Assembly (NCBI RefSeq): GCF_006345805.1
Contig: NW_021832374.1
Coordinates: 310,001-374,000 of the forward strand
Origin: Octopus sinensis
Lineage: Eukaryota
Direction of reading: 5' to 3'
Length of the DNA stretch: 64,000 nt
This document shows, piece after piece, positions 14,546 through 28,500 of the stretch. Position 1 is the stretch's first letter. Each line of letters starts with the position of its first letter. Both the position numbers and the translations under genes were made by a program. The notes under the pieces are model-generated. The model was not told the DNA's origin, did no database searches, and saw only the letters and a program-made list of their open reading frames with translations.

Positions 14546-14940
14546 TTATTTTTTCAAAAATAGTTTTTTATCTTTAATAAATTCGGAGATCATTTTCAGG
14601 ACTTGATTATCGAATTGAGGAGGTGGTTTGCTCCTCCCTGAATTCAAAAAAAGAAATATAAACCCACAACCCAACAATAAAGTTCTATTTCACTGTCAGT
14701 AGAATTTAATAAATCACTGAATTGATTTAATTGTTCATCTGTCATTTTATTAATATATTCGAGGGCAAACTTGCTGAAATATATTTGGGAATAATACCTC
14801 ATTATTAAATCATTTTCCAGCGTTCCCCTCTTTCCTGCCTGATAAACAAGTCTACTTCTTATCCTGTTCTTTATTTGGCACAAGCTACGTATATTATGTG
14901 AATTAAAAAATAAAGTTCGTAACGTGCCACCACCAAACAT
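14546..14940 (-). CDS. SDHAF2: Succinate dehydrogenase assembly factor 2 (Sdh5)
   Basis: RSRLVYQAGKRGTLENDLIM motif; a 24-nt intron (14774-14797) and a 26-nt intron lead to a last exon GRSKPPPQFDNQVLKMISEFIKDK*. Confidence 0.9.
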
Positions 14941-15240
14941 AAAATAAATAAAAATAAATAAATTATTTTATTATAAATAATGAAAAAGATATTATTTTAT
15001 TTTTATATAAAAATATTGCTCAAATTTTTTAAATTTTTAGACGGAAATGTTTAGTTTTGAATTGACTGATAAAAATTATCATTCAGAATATTTGTCAGTT
15101 TTTACAGTGAATTGTTAGAATGTTTGAAACTAATATAATAATAAATATTTTTATTATATTAATTACTAACAATTTAGAATATAAATAAAAATTATATAGG
15201 TTACTGTCCCATTTAGTGTTGTTCTGGTGATTACAGATAT

Positions 15241-16135
15241 ATGGATTATCCTGCAGATACTGACAACTATTACGATTTTACTGAAAAGTCAGTCCGACAA
15301 GGTAACTTAATTATTATTCTAATATAGGATTTATAAGAAAAGTGTATTCCATCTTGACAATCCAGTTAATATATACTATTGGAGTGATATCCTTCTGCAT
15401 ATTCCAGTATAATTTATATCATAAATATGCCAGAGAGAGTGTAAGGGATTACCTCAATCAAAATCCATGGTTTATGTATACTAATCTGTATTTATAAACC
15501 TTTTATTTATAGGGCTTTGATGGTTGTTTTTATGCTTGCCATTTCCTGCTTTAGAAATAATGTGAGAAAAGTGCCGAGAAATTACATAATGCTATCCTTC
15601 TTTGTATTCGGTTTTGTCTATTTTAGACATTTTTCTTTGCAAACTACCTCGGAGCTGTCAGTAGGTTTGTTTTTTAGTATTTGTATCTCTCTGAGTTGTA
15701 TTTTTGATATTTTCAGTTTTTACTCAATTATGGCCGTTCTGCTGTCTATTGGGATCACAGCTGTTGTGGTTGTTGGATTGACTATTTTCAGTTTCCAGAC
15801 CAAAGTAGACCAGTTGGCTTATTGTAGATTGATTTTACGAAAACATCAGGCGCTGCCTTCTGTCTTTTGATAGTTCTGATTATATTTGGACTTATTTTTC
15901 CAATTTCTGGTGTTCCAATTCTTCACAAAGTGTATTCCTGTATTGCGGCTTTGCTTTTTTCGTGGGTTGGTGATTTGGTGCTTTGTGTTAGTATATTGTA
16001 ATTGACACACAAATGGTTATGGATGGACAGAAAAAGTACACCATTTCCCCCGAGGACTACGTTTATGCTGCACTCAATTTATATGTCGACATTGTCAACT
16101 TATTCCTTATCGTCCTTAGTTTTTTTAATGAATAA
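15241..16135 (+). CDS. Protein lifeguard / TMBIM (Bax inhibitor-1 family)
   Basis: FTEKSVRQGFIRKVYSILTIQL after removing the 26-nt intron 15302-15327; C-terminal SPEDYVYAALNLYVDIVNLF; start codon uncertain. Confidence 0.9.
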
Positions 16136-16559
16136 TTACTAATCTTTCGTTTATTTGTAACACTTTGTGTTTTGGTGTAGAGAAACTGTTTAGTAAATTA
16201 TGAACTAATCAACTTTGATGTGGAAAGAGACTATTCGAGTAAACGCGCTAAGCAGCAAAGTAGTATCAACAAAGAGTCAATCTGTCCTTTTTTTCATTTT
16301 ATTGTATTCTATTCCACGCTCGGAAATCTGGTCGTCTTTGCGTTTAATGTAATGAGTATTTTTATCTTTTATGTGTGAAACTCACAAAGCGTGATTTGGC
16401 GTCAATATTTGCATAAAAGTGTCCCAAATGTATTCTACACCCTTTCAGAGGTCCCTAAGATGACAGGACTTGTCCAACTGGTTCTGTTGATCCCCTCTGG
16501 ATATCAACTTATTAAACTGTCTCGTCTAATCAGTTTTGTCTCACTTACGCTCGGAACCC

Positions 16560-17990
16560 CCTCTCGCATTGGGGAAATCCACTCCCTCTCTCGACATTGA
16601 TCAAAGAGAGCATTAAAAATATCTTTTTGTACCCAATAACAATCTTTCCAGAAGTTGTCCACAAACGTCTTCAAAAGTGCAAAAATAACCTAAAAAGAAC
16701 ATTCCACACGGTCTGGAAAACACCCTGAATGAACTTGTCAGTATCAAACTAGCCGAAGGTGACGTCCGTGCTGCGATTCGCACAGTTTCAAACGACGACA
16801 CAGTGGTAAATCAGAGTGCTGATGTCCTTGTCCACTTGAGATCAAAACATCCAGACCCTCCTCCTGATGTACGACCTCGCCCATCTGTGCCTTCCACCCT
16901 CAACCCCTCAGAAGAAGAAATCAGAATTTCAATCAAATTATTCGGGAAGAGCAGCTTACTCGATGGCTTAGGCTCGGGCCATATCAAGAAACTCACTTCT
17001 CCCTCAACTGGAAAGGCAGGTAATGCTCTGATCTCTGCTATACCCGCTCTAATCGGTAAGATCCCACACTTTGCGAGGAACATGCTCTACTTGCATTCCG
17101 GGAAAAGGACGGCGGAATCCGTCCCATAGCAGTTGGAAACTACTTCCGCCGCCCGAATTTCCTCCTTTCCAACTGGGGATTGCCAACGGTTGCAAAACCG
17201 CAGTTCACGCTGCCAGAAGCCTTTTCTCTTGCCTTTTCTCTTCTAACGGAGCGCTCAGCTCCCTCCACGCAGTTGTGAAGCTCGATTTACGCAACGCCTT
17301 CAACCGTATAAGGAGAGATCAGATCCTCGAGGCTTGCCTTAAAAGAGCTCCGGATATCGCCCAGTTGGTTTTCCTTTCCTACAGCTAAGAAAGCACGCTT
17401 ATCTTTGGGAACCAAGTCGTCCTCTCATAGACAGGAGTTCAGCACGGTGACCCAGTCGGGCCGCTCCTCTTCGCCCTTGCAATCGATGATGCCGTACACT
17501 CCCTAAACTCTCTTTTCAACTTATGGTACTTGTATGATGCATTGAGTCCATTTTCAAGACCTCTCACATCTCATTCCTGTCCTTGGACACTTCGGGCTAT
17601 AATTAAATGAAGGAAAATGAAAACTTTTGAATATCAATTATCCTCAGACAAATTTTCTCGATTTGAGAAAATCAATAACCGATTTTATTTCCAGAGTTCA
17701 GACTGCCAACATGTCCGAAGTCACAATTCTCGGCTGCCCTCTCAGCCCATCTGGACTAAGGGCCCACCTGGCTAAGAAGGAACTGGATTCCGTCATCTCA
17801 CAAACAAGCTTCTGACATTGGACTCGTACATCGCCTTCTTCCTCATGAAAAGCAGAATGCACATGCCGAAACTGCTATACATGCTCCGCTGCCTGACATG
17901 TTATCTTCTATGAAAACCTCCCTGAAATCGTCCAAGGAAGCAGTTCTTAACCTGACGGAAAGTTTTCATTTGGTCCAACCGATAAAATTA
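16560..17990 (+). mobile_element. CRE-like retrotransposon RT region, degenerate
   Basis: GDVRAAIR, LRSKHP, VVKLDLRNAFNRIRRD, GVQHGDPVGPLLFALAIDD; several frameshifts. Confidence 0.8.
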
Positions 17991-19611
17991 AATGACTATG
18001 CCACCTAATGTTTGTAGTAAGAATATTATTTCTATCTATAATTTGAGTATTCAGTCGCTATTTAGTCGTGTTCATATTGCTCCACGTCTTGATTGAATGA
18101 TGGTTGCTGATTCACCTCAATTAATGTATTGTATTTCTGGTTTTGTTTAACACAAATATGGTGAATTTATTTGAGATTTTGATTCTTGTGTTGTGTCTAT
18201 GTGTATTTCCATGTGATTTTTTACTAACTACACATTTAGTTTTAGATTTTTATTTTGCATTGTCTACAAAGATGAAAATGGGCGTGTTTTAGCCATCATT
18301 GTTGATCATTTCTGCCACATCTATTTGCAACATTTTTTTGTACAGTTGGGTGATTAAAACATGTACCTTTGTCGGTAGGGCAAACACAAAGTTGACCTAA
18401 AAAATCAAAAATTTATCTTTAAAAATACTAAATTGATTTAAAAAAGAAAGTTGATTAAAATGTAGATCTAAAAACAGGTGATAATTTTGTTCGAAATTGC
18501 AATTATAATGAATCATAGAATATTCGACTCTTTTTGTTTTAAAATTTAAGTCTTTTGTAAAAATTTTATAAAACAAACGCTCCACCGAGTATGTAGTGTC
18601 CTGGGATTAAAGTAGTCGCAATTTTTCCAAAAGCGAATGATTTTCATCTCTGTTAACAATTTTCAAATTCCATTTAAATTCATTCTTTTGTTAGAATATT
18701 TGTTTATTTTAAAATTATTTTCGATTAGATCGAGTTTTCAAATATTGTAAGCTTCCTGGATAGAATAGTTAGTAGACTCAATATCACGAAGAGTATTAAC
18801 ACTGGAGAATTTTTATTTCGTATTTCATTACGAGAACTGCTTATTTACAAGAACAGAATTTATTAAAAAACGAATTTGGTGTATGAGCCAACTTCTCTGT
18901 GTACAAGTAAAATAACCACAGTGGGACAATGACATTGTACAAAACGATATAATTCATGAATGAGGTGCCAATAGTGCTGGAATTTTTAACTACATAATCT
19001 AGAATACTATTATATTTAGGATTCAAAATATTGTTTTCTAAATGAATATATCAAAGATTCAAATCAGTATTTAAATTCAAAAATGTATGTTAAATTTTTT
19101 AAATTTTGCGTAAATAAAAAGATAATCGCCGTTGCTTGTTATTTCAGGAAATAAAAGATTTCATTATTTACAAAGATACAATGAAGTCTTTCGTATCATG
19201 AACGTTTACTGGTCTGTAGCACTCATTTTGTTTATGTGGACTTGACAATGTAGCAGAATACATCCGGATAGCATGATAATTTTTCCCTAATAATGCAAAA
19301 AGTCTCTTATCTCTTAAATGAGAGAGAAAAACATAAACTTTATTGGCAAAGACACGCTCATTTATTCTTCTTTTATTTGAAAACGGCCGTGTCATTCGTA
19401 ATAATGAGAAATCCATTGACTTTTATTTGTTAACAGCCAACTCTCTGATAACAGCCAACTTTGACTTTTATTTGTTTCAAAAGTTTATGAAAAAGTAAGA
19501 AGCAATTCTTTTATGGGTGGAGTCCTTAATGTTTAGTTTTTATAAATAACTACAAATTTAAAATTCAACGAATAAACTAAAATAGAATTAAAAAATTAAA
19601 ATACAATTTTA

Positions 19612-20078
19612 TTAATTTTTTATCAAAAAAATGAAACCAGAAACTTGAACACAAAATATGAGTACAAATAACAAAATAATAATTATTTTAAAATATTTTT
19701 TGTCATGACTTGACTCTAAAATAACAAAGTTTTAAGAAACTTGATTTTATTATAATTGAAGCTCTATAAATAAATCCATCTATTGAAAGGGCACTGCATG
19801 TATACTTTCCATAATTTTCTTCACTTGCATTAAAGATTGAAGCCATCACCAAATTATTAGAAATAGACTTTGAATGTATAAATGATTTTGAGTCGGAATG
19901 TTCGATTATTAGTTCACTAACGTGTATTTCTGGAGATATTTTGCAATATACATAGAGCCTGTTGTCTTTATTATTATATGACTCCTCCTCGTATGATAAA
20001 AAAACAACTTGAATTAGACTTATATTTCCTTAAAAGTAAACTTGATGTGCTACTTATTATGAAGAAAAGAATCCACAT
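19612..20078 (-). CDS. Small Ig-like type I membrane protein (about 138 aa, two introns)
   Basis: Not in the ORF track. Hydrophobic N-terminus MWILFFII, main exon VYCKI...NASEENYGKYTCSA, 25-nt intron 19716-19740, TM segment IIIILLFVLIFCVQVSGFIFLI, then KN*. Confidence 0.6.
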
Positions 20079-20409
20079 TAGTATTCGATTATTATTCTGT
20101 CATTTATATGGTTAATAATTAGATAAAGCGTACGATAATTGCCATTCTTCTCAATTGACAAATTGATGGCCATCAATCATACAAAATAGCATTTAACAAT
20201 TAATATTTATTTAATCAGATTTTTGTCTCTACATGGTGTTTTAGATTTGCATTTGAAAGACAAGGAGAGCTACGATGGGTTTCTAGATCTTTGTTGCTTT
20301 TTCGGTAGAGAAATTCGGTTTGATGAGAGCACTAAAATTGTTATTTTAACTATTTACGAAAAAATGTGTAAATAAACAAAAAATTTTTTATTAATTATTG
20401 TCACCGGTT

Positions 20410-20600
20410 GAGAATGATACCAAGCGGAGAGCATGCAGGCTGAAGAGAGGCATGGTATATCGATACTTAGTGAGGAGAAAGCTGACACGGAATGTCAACC
20501 AAGGGCAGCCTCAGAATGTGGAGTGTGCTTCGACGAGAACACACCCATACGGTCACTGGATTATGGGCCCAAAAAGAGAAGATTAAGCTAATTAATTACT
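20410..20600 (+). mobile_element. 3' tail of an R4-like element
   Basis: ESMQAEERHGISI...GPKKRRLS* parallels ESMMIEHKHG...KRRR of the R4-like copies; the last ~85 bp recur at 39206-39290. Confidence 0.55.
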
Positions 20601-20719
20601 TTTAAGAAATTGTGATTTTTGAATAATTTTATTATATAGAAAATATTAATATATCCAAAATCTGATCAAGTGACTCTCGTCCGGCGTGAATCACGTCTGG
20701 ACTGTGACAGTTGTCGTAA

Positions 20720-21907
<1,188 letters not shown>

Positions 21908-22789
21908 TGATAAGAAATAGGTTAGATATGTAGTTCAAATATTTTATTAGTTTTTAGCCAAACAAAAAATAAACCATTAAATACCAATAAAATAAATAAT
22001 TTTTAGGGTTTTAGGAAATCTGCAATTTCTTCGTTCTTTCGATCCCATTGATCACGACAAATCTTGTACAGCACAGGAAACAATAAGAGTTATTAGTTTG
22101 GTCCATTTCCTTTTATCTAAGTCTTTCCCTAGACTCCGAAGGTCTCTATCTATTATCTATATTGTTAGTAAAATAACATATTACGGGTTTCATTAGAAGA
22201 ATATGAATTTCGCGTTATTCTCGTGTCCAATGCGACCGTTATTTTATTTGAAAATTCTACACGAAAATTACGACGAATAAGCTGGATAAGTATTGGAAAA
22301 AATATCATTGATATATGTAAGCAAAATATATGACTCTAGAACGCCAAATTATTTTCTATTATCAATTTTTTGACCAGATGACGAAAACAGCCATCATCCA
22401 GAAAACCCGATGGCAATGGTGAATCCAAAAATCCAGGTTTTATGCCATCGTGGTCATCTAAATTTACAATAAAAAAGGCATATTACGGATTTCCTAAAGA
22501 TTGTCTGTTTTCATAAGAAGTGTTTTTGTTAGTCTTGTGTATGACACGAGTACGACTTCATTCGGGTACGAGATGACCACGCCCGTTGTTTTAATTTGAA
22601 AATTCTACACAAAAATTACGATTTGAAAGTTTCTAAAAGTATTGCCTTGCCTGCTTTCAAAAACAGCGAAATTAACAAATATTGATTCCGACAATTCAAA
22701 CCTTGATTTTTATTAAACATTAATCTTGGCTGAAGACTAAGCTATGGATAATGGATCTGGACAGTCGTGAGTTCGATTCCGAAGGAGGC

Positions 22790-22986
22790 TAGTTTTCATC
22801 CGGGGGTCAATCGGGTGCGCTCAGTCCAAAGACTGAAAAGTTCCTCCGCAAGCTCGGAGCCAAAATCTCAATGCGCACTCACGATCCTCGGGAGGTGGAC
22901 TGGCTATTGCCACGTTTCTCGATCGCCGTTATTCGGAGAAACAGTTTGGCAATCCGCCAGGCTGCTAGCCTTCCCTTCGTTTAATC
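22790..22986 (+). mobile_element. CRE-like 3' tail
   Basis: GALSPKTEKFLRKLGAKISMRTHDPREVDWLLPRFSIAVIRRNS; duplicated at about 41965-42141. Confidence 0.7.
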
Positions 22987-24342
22987 CAGGGGTGCGCAAG
23001 CTTTTTGGGTTCGGGGCCGCATAGCATATTTTTTTCCTTCTCTTCCACGGCCGCACATTTTCTGCATTATTTTTTCGATATTAATATAGTAATTTTTTTT
23101 AATTATTAAAAGTGACCGCATAAGTTGCCCATTGTCATCGAGACCGAATGAGTTCTTGGACAGGAAATGCTCTCGTTCATCAGGAACATCATATTATTAA
23201 AATAAATAATTATTTCATGGACAAAAGATAAGAAAGAAGGAAAGTTAATTAAAAGAAATGTATTATACAAGTTATTCTAATGACGGCCAGGATCTTTGGT
23301 ATTTTTTGCGAGCTTATTGAAATCCACTGGTAGGGTAGATATCATTATGCGCAAACATGACTCTACGTTTGCATCCGTTATCCGAGATCTATATTGACTT
23401 TTTAAATATTTCATTTTGGAAAATGTAGACTCACATAAATATGTGCTTCCGAATAAAACGAGAATATTTCTTGCCATTTCACGTAAATTTGGATAATCTG
23501 TCGCTGATTTCCATACATCCAACAAATCTTCGCTTTCATTAAATTTATTTATCAAAATTAAATCATTTTTTAATTTCAATAATTCAATTTGAAATTCCAA
23601 TGGCGCATTCTCAATCGAAACATTATGTGGTTCTGCAGTTAATTAAAGTTTGAGTTCAATTTTTTTAAATTCGTTAAATCGCTCTTCAAATTGTTTCAAA
23701 ATATAATCGAATATAGTATTAAATGTATTTGGTGTAAGATCGTCATAATTAATTATTTTGTCATCAATAAGATGTTTGACTTTTTGAGAATGAAATAATT
23801 CATTTTTTTCTATGTGAATCTTCAGTAGGCGGCATGTATCCATAAAATCGTTAATTTTTTTTATACATTCGACAAATTATTTGGTCTTTACCTTGCTAAG
23901 ATATATTCAAATTATTGATATGAACAAAGTGCTTGTTGGTGAAATGAAAAAGAAAATAATTGTGTTTTAAAAAATTCAAAATAAGTAAAAAAACGATAAA
24001 AGAAATAAAATCGGAAAATATCACAAAAATGATGAAATTTCAAATAATTTAACTATTAAAAGAAACTACATCCCAAAATATTCCTTTGAATCCAATTAAA
24101 TATATAAATAAAGGTAAACCAAATAAAAACAACAGCGGTACATAATGCAAATAAATTAAGCCGTTTATGAAAATTACCTTTAATAAAGGTTAACCATTAT
24201 ATAAAAATAGAATTTTATTTAATATGAATATTTTTAATTATTATTTAGGGTTTTTCTTGATTAATTAACACTATGAGCATTATATTTAAGATTAGTTGCT
24301 CGATGACCTAATTGTGCCCACGGCCGCACTTGCGCACCCCTG
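22987..24342 (-). mobile_element. Internally deleted hAT DNA transposon
   Basis: 14-bp TIRs CAGGGGTGCGCAAG / CTTGCGCACCCCTG, 8-bp TSD GTTTAATC on both sides, hAT dimerisation domain YPNLREMARNILVLFGSTYLCESTFSKM (23277-23600); empty site at 42134-42141. Confidence 0.95.
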
Positions 24343-24850
24343 GTTTAATCGATATTAATTGATAACGAATCATTCAATAAATGGGGTGCGTTTACCATCT
24401 AAAAAATTATAAAATCATTTTAATAACAGATGTTTGGATTCTACTATTCACATAGCAACAAAAAGACAACAAATTTCTTTCCCATCGGTAAGTGTCACCT
24501 GACTTGCTCCGAGTGGCTATTGAGCACGCACAAATCTATTGCTTACATTCGTTACTTTTGCTCCCTGGTGACATTAAATCAAATTCAAGACCGAAAGAAC
24601 ATGAACATTTTCTTTCCATCATGCAACTGAACTTTTATGGCATTCATTTTCGGGGACGAGATACAATTCCTATTTTTGATAAGTTCGTGGATATGGAGGG
24701 GATATTTGCAGTGGATGTACATATATTTTTAAGAAAGTAGCCTCTAATGAACAGTGGTAAGAGTGCTGCCGTCTTTGAACGCACATTTTGTTTCTAAACA
24801 TGTGTCACTTTCAGTAATAAGTGGACAGTCGCTGTAAAATTAATACACTA

Positions 24851-25030
24851 CAGTAAAGTCTCTCATATTCGCCACTCTCTGATAACAGCCACAAAAATAT
24901 ATTTTAAATAGAAAATTCTGATATCTGTTAAAAGAGGATGAGCATGTTGATGAGCTAAAAATTGTCACTAATAAGAATGCTATTAAGCTTCACAAATAAT
25001 CAAAGAAATGAACCTTAAATTAAATAAGAC
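24851..25030 (+). mobile_element. Truncated copy of the pogo-like MITE
   Basis: TA followed by CAGTAAAGTCTCTCATATTCGCC, identical to the MITE at 42644; right TIR absent. Confidence 0.55.
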
Positions 25031-25113
25031 TTTCAACTTTGTTTAATTTTTTAGCCTTTGGAAAAAATGAGATAAAAACAGGTATGTTTAGAAAAGAAAA
25101 TTTTATTAAAAAT

Positions 25114-25590
25114 CTACAAGTGTCCCAAGACTAATTTGACCCACTGTAGATGTGTTGTTGTTGAGTGCTGTGGTCGGAAACCATGTTGTGACTTTGAGAG
25201 AGTGAGGAAAGGGTAAATTGATTTCAGGACAAATTTTTCTAGGATTTTTGATATGACAGAGATAAGTGAGATTGGCCTGAACGAGGCGGGGTCGCAGGGG
25301 TCCTTATTGGGCTTCAAAATTGGAATTTTAATAGATTTTTTCCAGACCATAGGTATTAGACCTGAGTTTAGCGATGTTTTGAATATATCCGATAGTGCAA
25401 TCAACCCATTTTGGCCAAGATTTTTCAGATGGTATATGCAAAGACCGTCGGGTCCACAAACGTGAGAATTCTTAGCGTTTTTGATGAGTTGGCTTATTTC
25501 AGAAATCGATATAGTGATTTCTGGAGAGGGGATGTCCTTGTGACTGTAGTAACTTTTATAATGTGAATACAGACACATTTTCAAGTTTAA
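25114..25590 (-). mobile_element. Ingi/Vingi-like LINE internal fragment
   Basis: GPDGL...WKKSIKIPILKPNKDPCDPASFRPISL...SQHGFRPQHSTTTHL, homologous to 28500-28850. Confidence 0.8.
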
Positions 25591-28500
25591 GATATGTTTA
25601 ACAATCTAATTTTATCATTACAGTTCCATCTCAAATAATACGATTTTTAAGTTCCCAAAAGTCAACCGTACGCGATCTATTATGTATTTTAAATTACTTA
25701 CTGTATAGGCTTTTTTCAAAACAGAAAATGTCTAAATTTACAAATAGGTCTCAGTCAATAATGTATAATGTATAATTTTTTTATACTTAGATATTCTCAT
25801 ATTAGGCCCGAAAATAGAGGGCTTGAGAAAAGTATGGAAATAGACACAATTTGAAAGAATACTGCAACATTAGAAAAGAAGAAGCATATCGTCCGTTAGT
25901 TTACTTATAGTATCCTTAATCAATCAATATGATATGCAAAGAGCAATCCATCCAATCAAATATTCGATGTCGCTAATTTACTATATTTCCTTGTTTTACT
26001 TTTTATCTTTAATAAGTTTCAATTGCTACATACAGTAGTCACAATTAAATATACGATCACTAAAGATACATGTGTAGTACTTGACTCTATAAAATGATTG
26101 TTAATTCCACAAATGGTGCTACTTTAGTTTTCTTGTATTTAAATACCTGAATTTAATAACCTGTAAAAAAGAGTTTAGTATTGAGTAACTTTACAGTAAC
26201 ATGCAAATAAATACAATTTTTGTGCTAATTAATATCATTCAACTAAACCAATATTTCTCAACTATTATTGTAAACAAATGTATTTTCATAGAAAATCTAG
26301 ATGAGAGCAAAATTCCGAATTTTTAATCATAAAAATATGTATCAACATTCGGACATGTAATACTAAAAACATAGGAAGCATTGATCAATTACTTATTATA
26401 AAAAACAAATAATTTGGTGAGCAATTGAAATCGCACTTAATTAAATATTTGGATGCTACTAATTAATTAACACGGTTATTGATAATGCTCCGCACTTTCG
26501 CAATTAATTAGTACCATATATTAGATACAGGAGTCACAGTACGTACAAAACGTTAACGTGGATTACTTTGATAAATTAACTAACTGGTCCAAGGTTCCCA
26601 GCAGTTCTTCCAAAGCAAATACATCCTCACTTTGACGGATTCTGATATACCAGCTGCTCTACAGGAAAGATTGGAGGAAGGCACGACTTTGATTGTGATA
26701 GAATATTCGTCACTTCAGTTTCTCAGTTCGAATGCTACTACTGGGATATACAGAAACAATAAATTGTCCAATCATTCATACGTACGATTGATGTTTGACT
26801 AAACACTCGACGAAAGAAGACCCTATAATATAAATTTGTATTAAAGTTTATTAATTTTAATATAAACTAATTTTACTAACCAATAATTATTTCATTACGG
26901 TCAACATAGATATAATAGATATACTATCGCGCTCTATTTGTTGGTTTATTAATTATTTATTTTGTTATAGTGAATGGAGAGTAATATACTGTGGACTACT
27001 CACTCTTTGGTGGACTGTATAATAAAAAGAGACCCAGAAAAAGAACCGAAATATGAACCGAAATATACTCCTTTCATCAATCTTATTATTTATTTATTTA
27101 TTTATTACCCCCGGCCCCTTCAATTGAAGGAAGCCGGTGGCTAACAGAACGTTAGGGCAATGTCGGACGCTCCCAAAGATCCCCGATCGTGATCCGGTGT
27201 TCCGAGGAAGTAGAAGGCGGGCCTGGACAGGAGAAAAGGTCGTTGAGGGAATAGGAAGGGGTTATTTCACCAAGACCGATTTTTATGCGATAATCGTGTA
27301 GGCCAGTATGGTGGCCACAGCGGAGACGAGCCAAGTTCACTCGGGCTTCTCTTGAGAGGGAGGATTCGATCTTATTAATTGGCGGCGGAAGGCGTCCCAG
27401 AAGCTTGTTTATTCCAAGACATCTGATTGCCCTCGTAGCCACCAGGTCGTGAATCCCCTTCTGGTTAATGTCCGGAGGGGATCGTATAAGCTTGCGGACT
27501 TTGTCCGCGAGGGTCGGAACTATTCTCCTGTTGTTAGTGGAGTGCCAGAGGAAGTAGCCAGGGTGATTTAGGGTTCGGCATTTGTCAAGAAATTGCAGCC
27601 CGAGCATTTCAAAATGGTCACTGATTGGGAGGATTTTCGATTCCCAATGTAGGTGGTCGGTAGGTGTCGTTTTTAGACAGCCGGTAATAATTCGTAATGC
27701 TGAGTTTTGAGTTCTCTGAAGTTTTTCAAGGTTTGTATTAGATAAGCAGGAACCCCAAGCAGGGATGGCGTAGTTCATAGTTGTTCTAATAAACTGCTTG
27801 TATACAGTTGTTAGACTTTCCTTATCCTGCCCAAATGAAGTCCCCGCAATAGCTCGGAGCACATTGAGTTTTTTCTGGGATTTTCCACAGATATATGAAA
27901 CATGTTTCGAGAAGGACAAACAGCAATCAAATATCAGACCCAAGATTTTGGGGGATTTTTCAACTGGGAGTGGAGTGTTGTCTAGGAATAGTTTAGGCTC
28001 TAAGTTGAACTGACGGCGGTCAGTTGTGAATAGCGTAACAGATGATTTGGAAGGAGAAGGTTGAAGAAGATTGCATTTCAGCCAGGACGAAAGAGTGTTC
28101 ATGTGTTCCTGCAGAAATCCAGAAGCGGTGATTATGTTTTGGTGGCGGGAGGCAAAAATTAAGTCATCAGCGTAGGAGAGGAGTAGAGTATTATTGTTCG
28201 TCGGGATATTTGACAGATGTAAGTTAAATAAGGCAGGTGAAAGGACCGAGCCTTGGGGAACTCCGTTAGGCAAGTATTTGTAGCGTGAGTAAGAAGACAT
28301 GATTGTGGTGCGACCAAGACGCCCAGAGAGAAAAGAGAGTAGCCATGACTTTATTTGGTGGGGGAATTCCGTATCGGTTATTTTCCTACACAGAACGTGT
28401 CTTGACGTTCTGTCAAATGCCTTTTCAATGTCGATGGATGCAATAATTGTTCTTTGAGGTGGCTTATGATTGTTAAACCCATCCGCAATGAATTGTGTCA

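Noticed and set aside
18841-19026. FMNYIVLYNVIVP resembling a P4-ATPase TM segment
   Set aside because: No DKTGT motif or other ATPase exons found nearby
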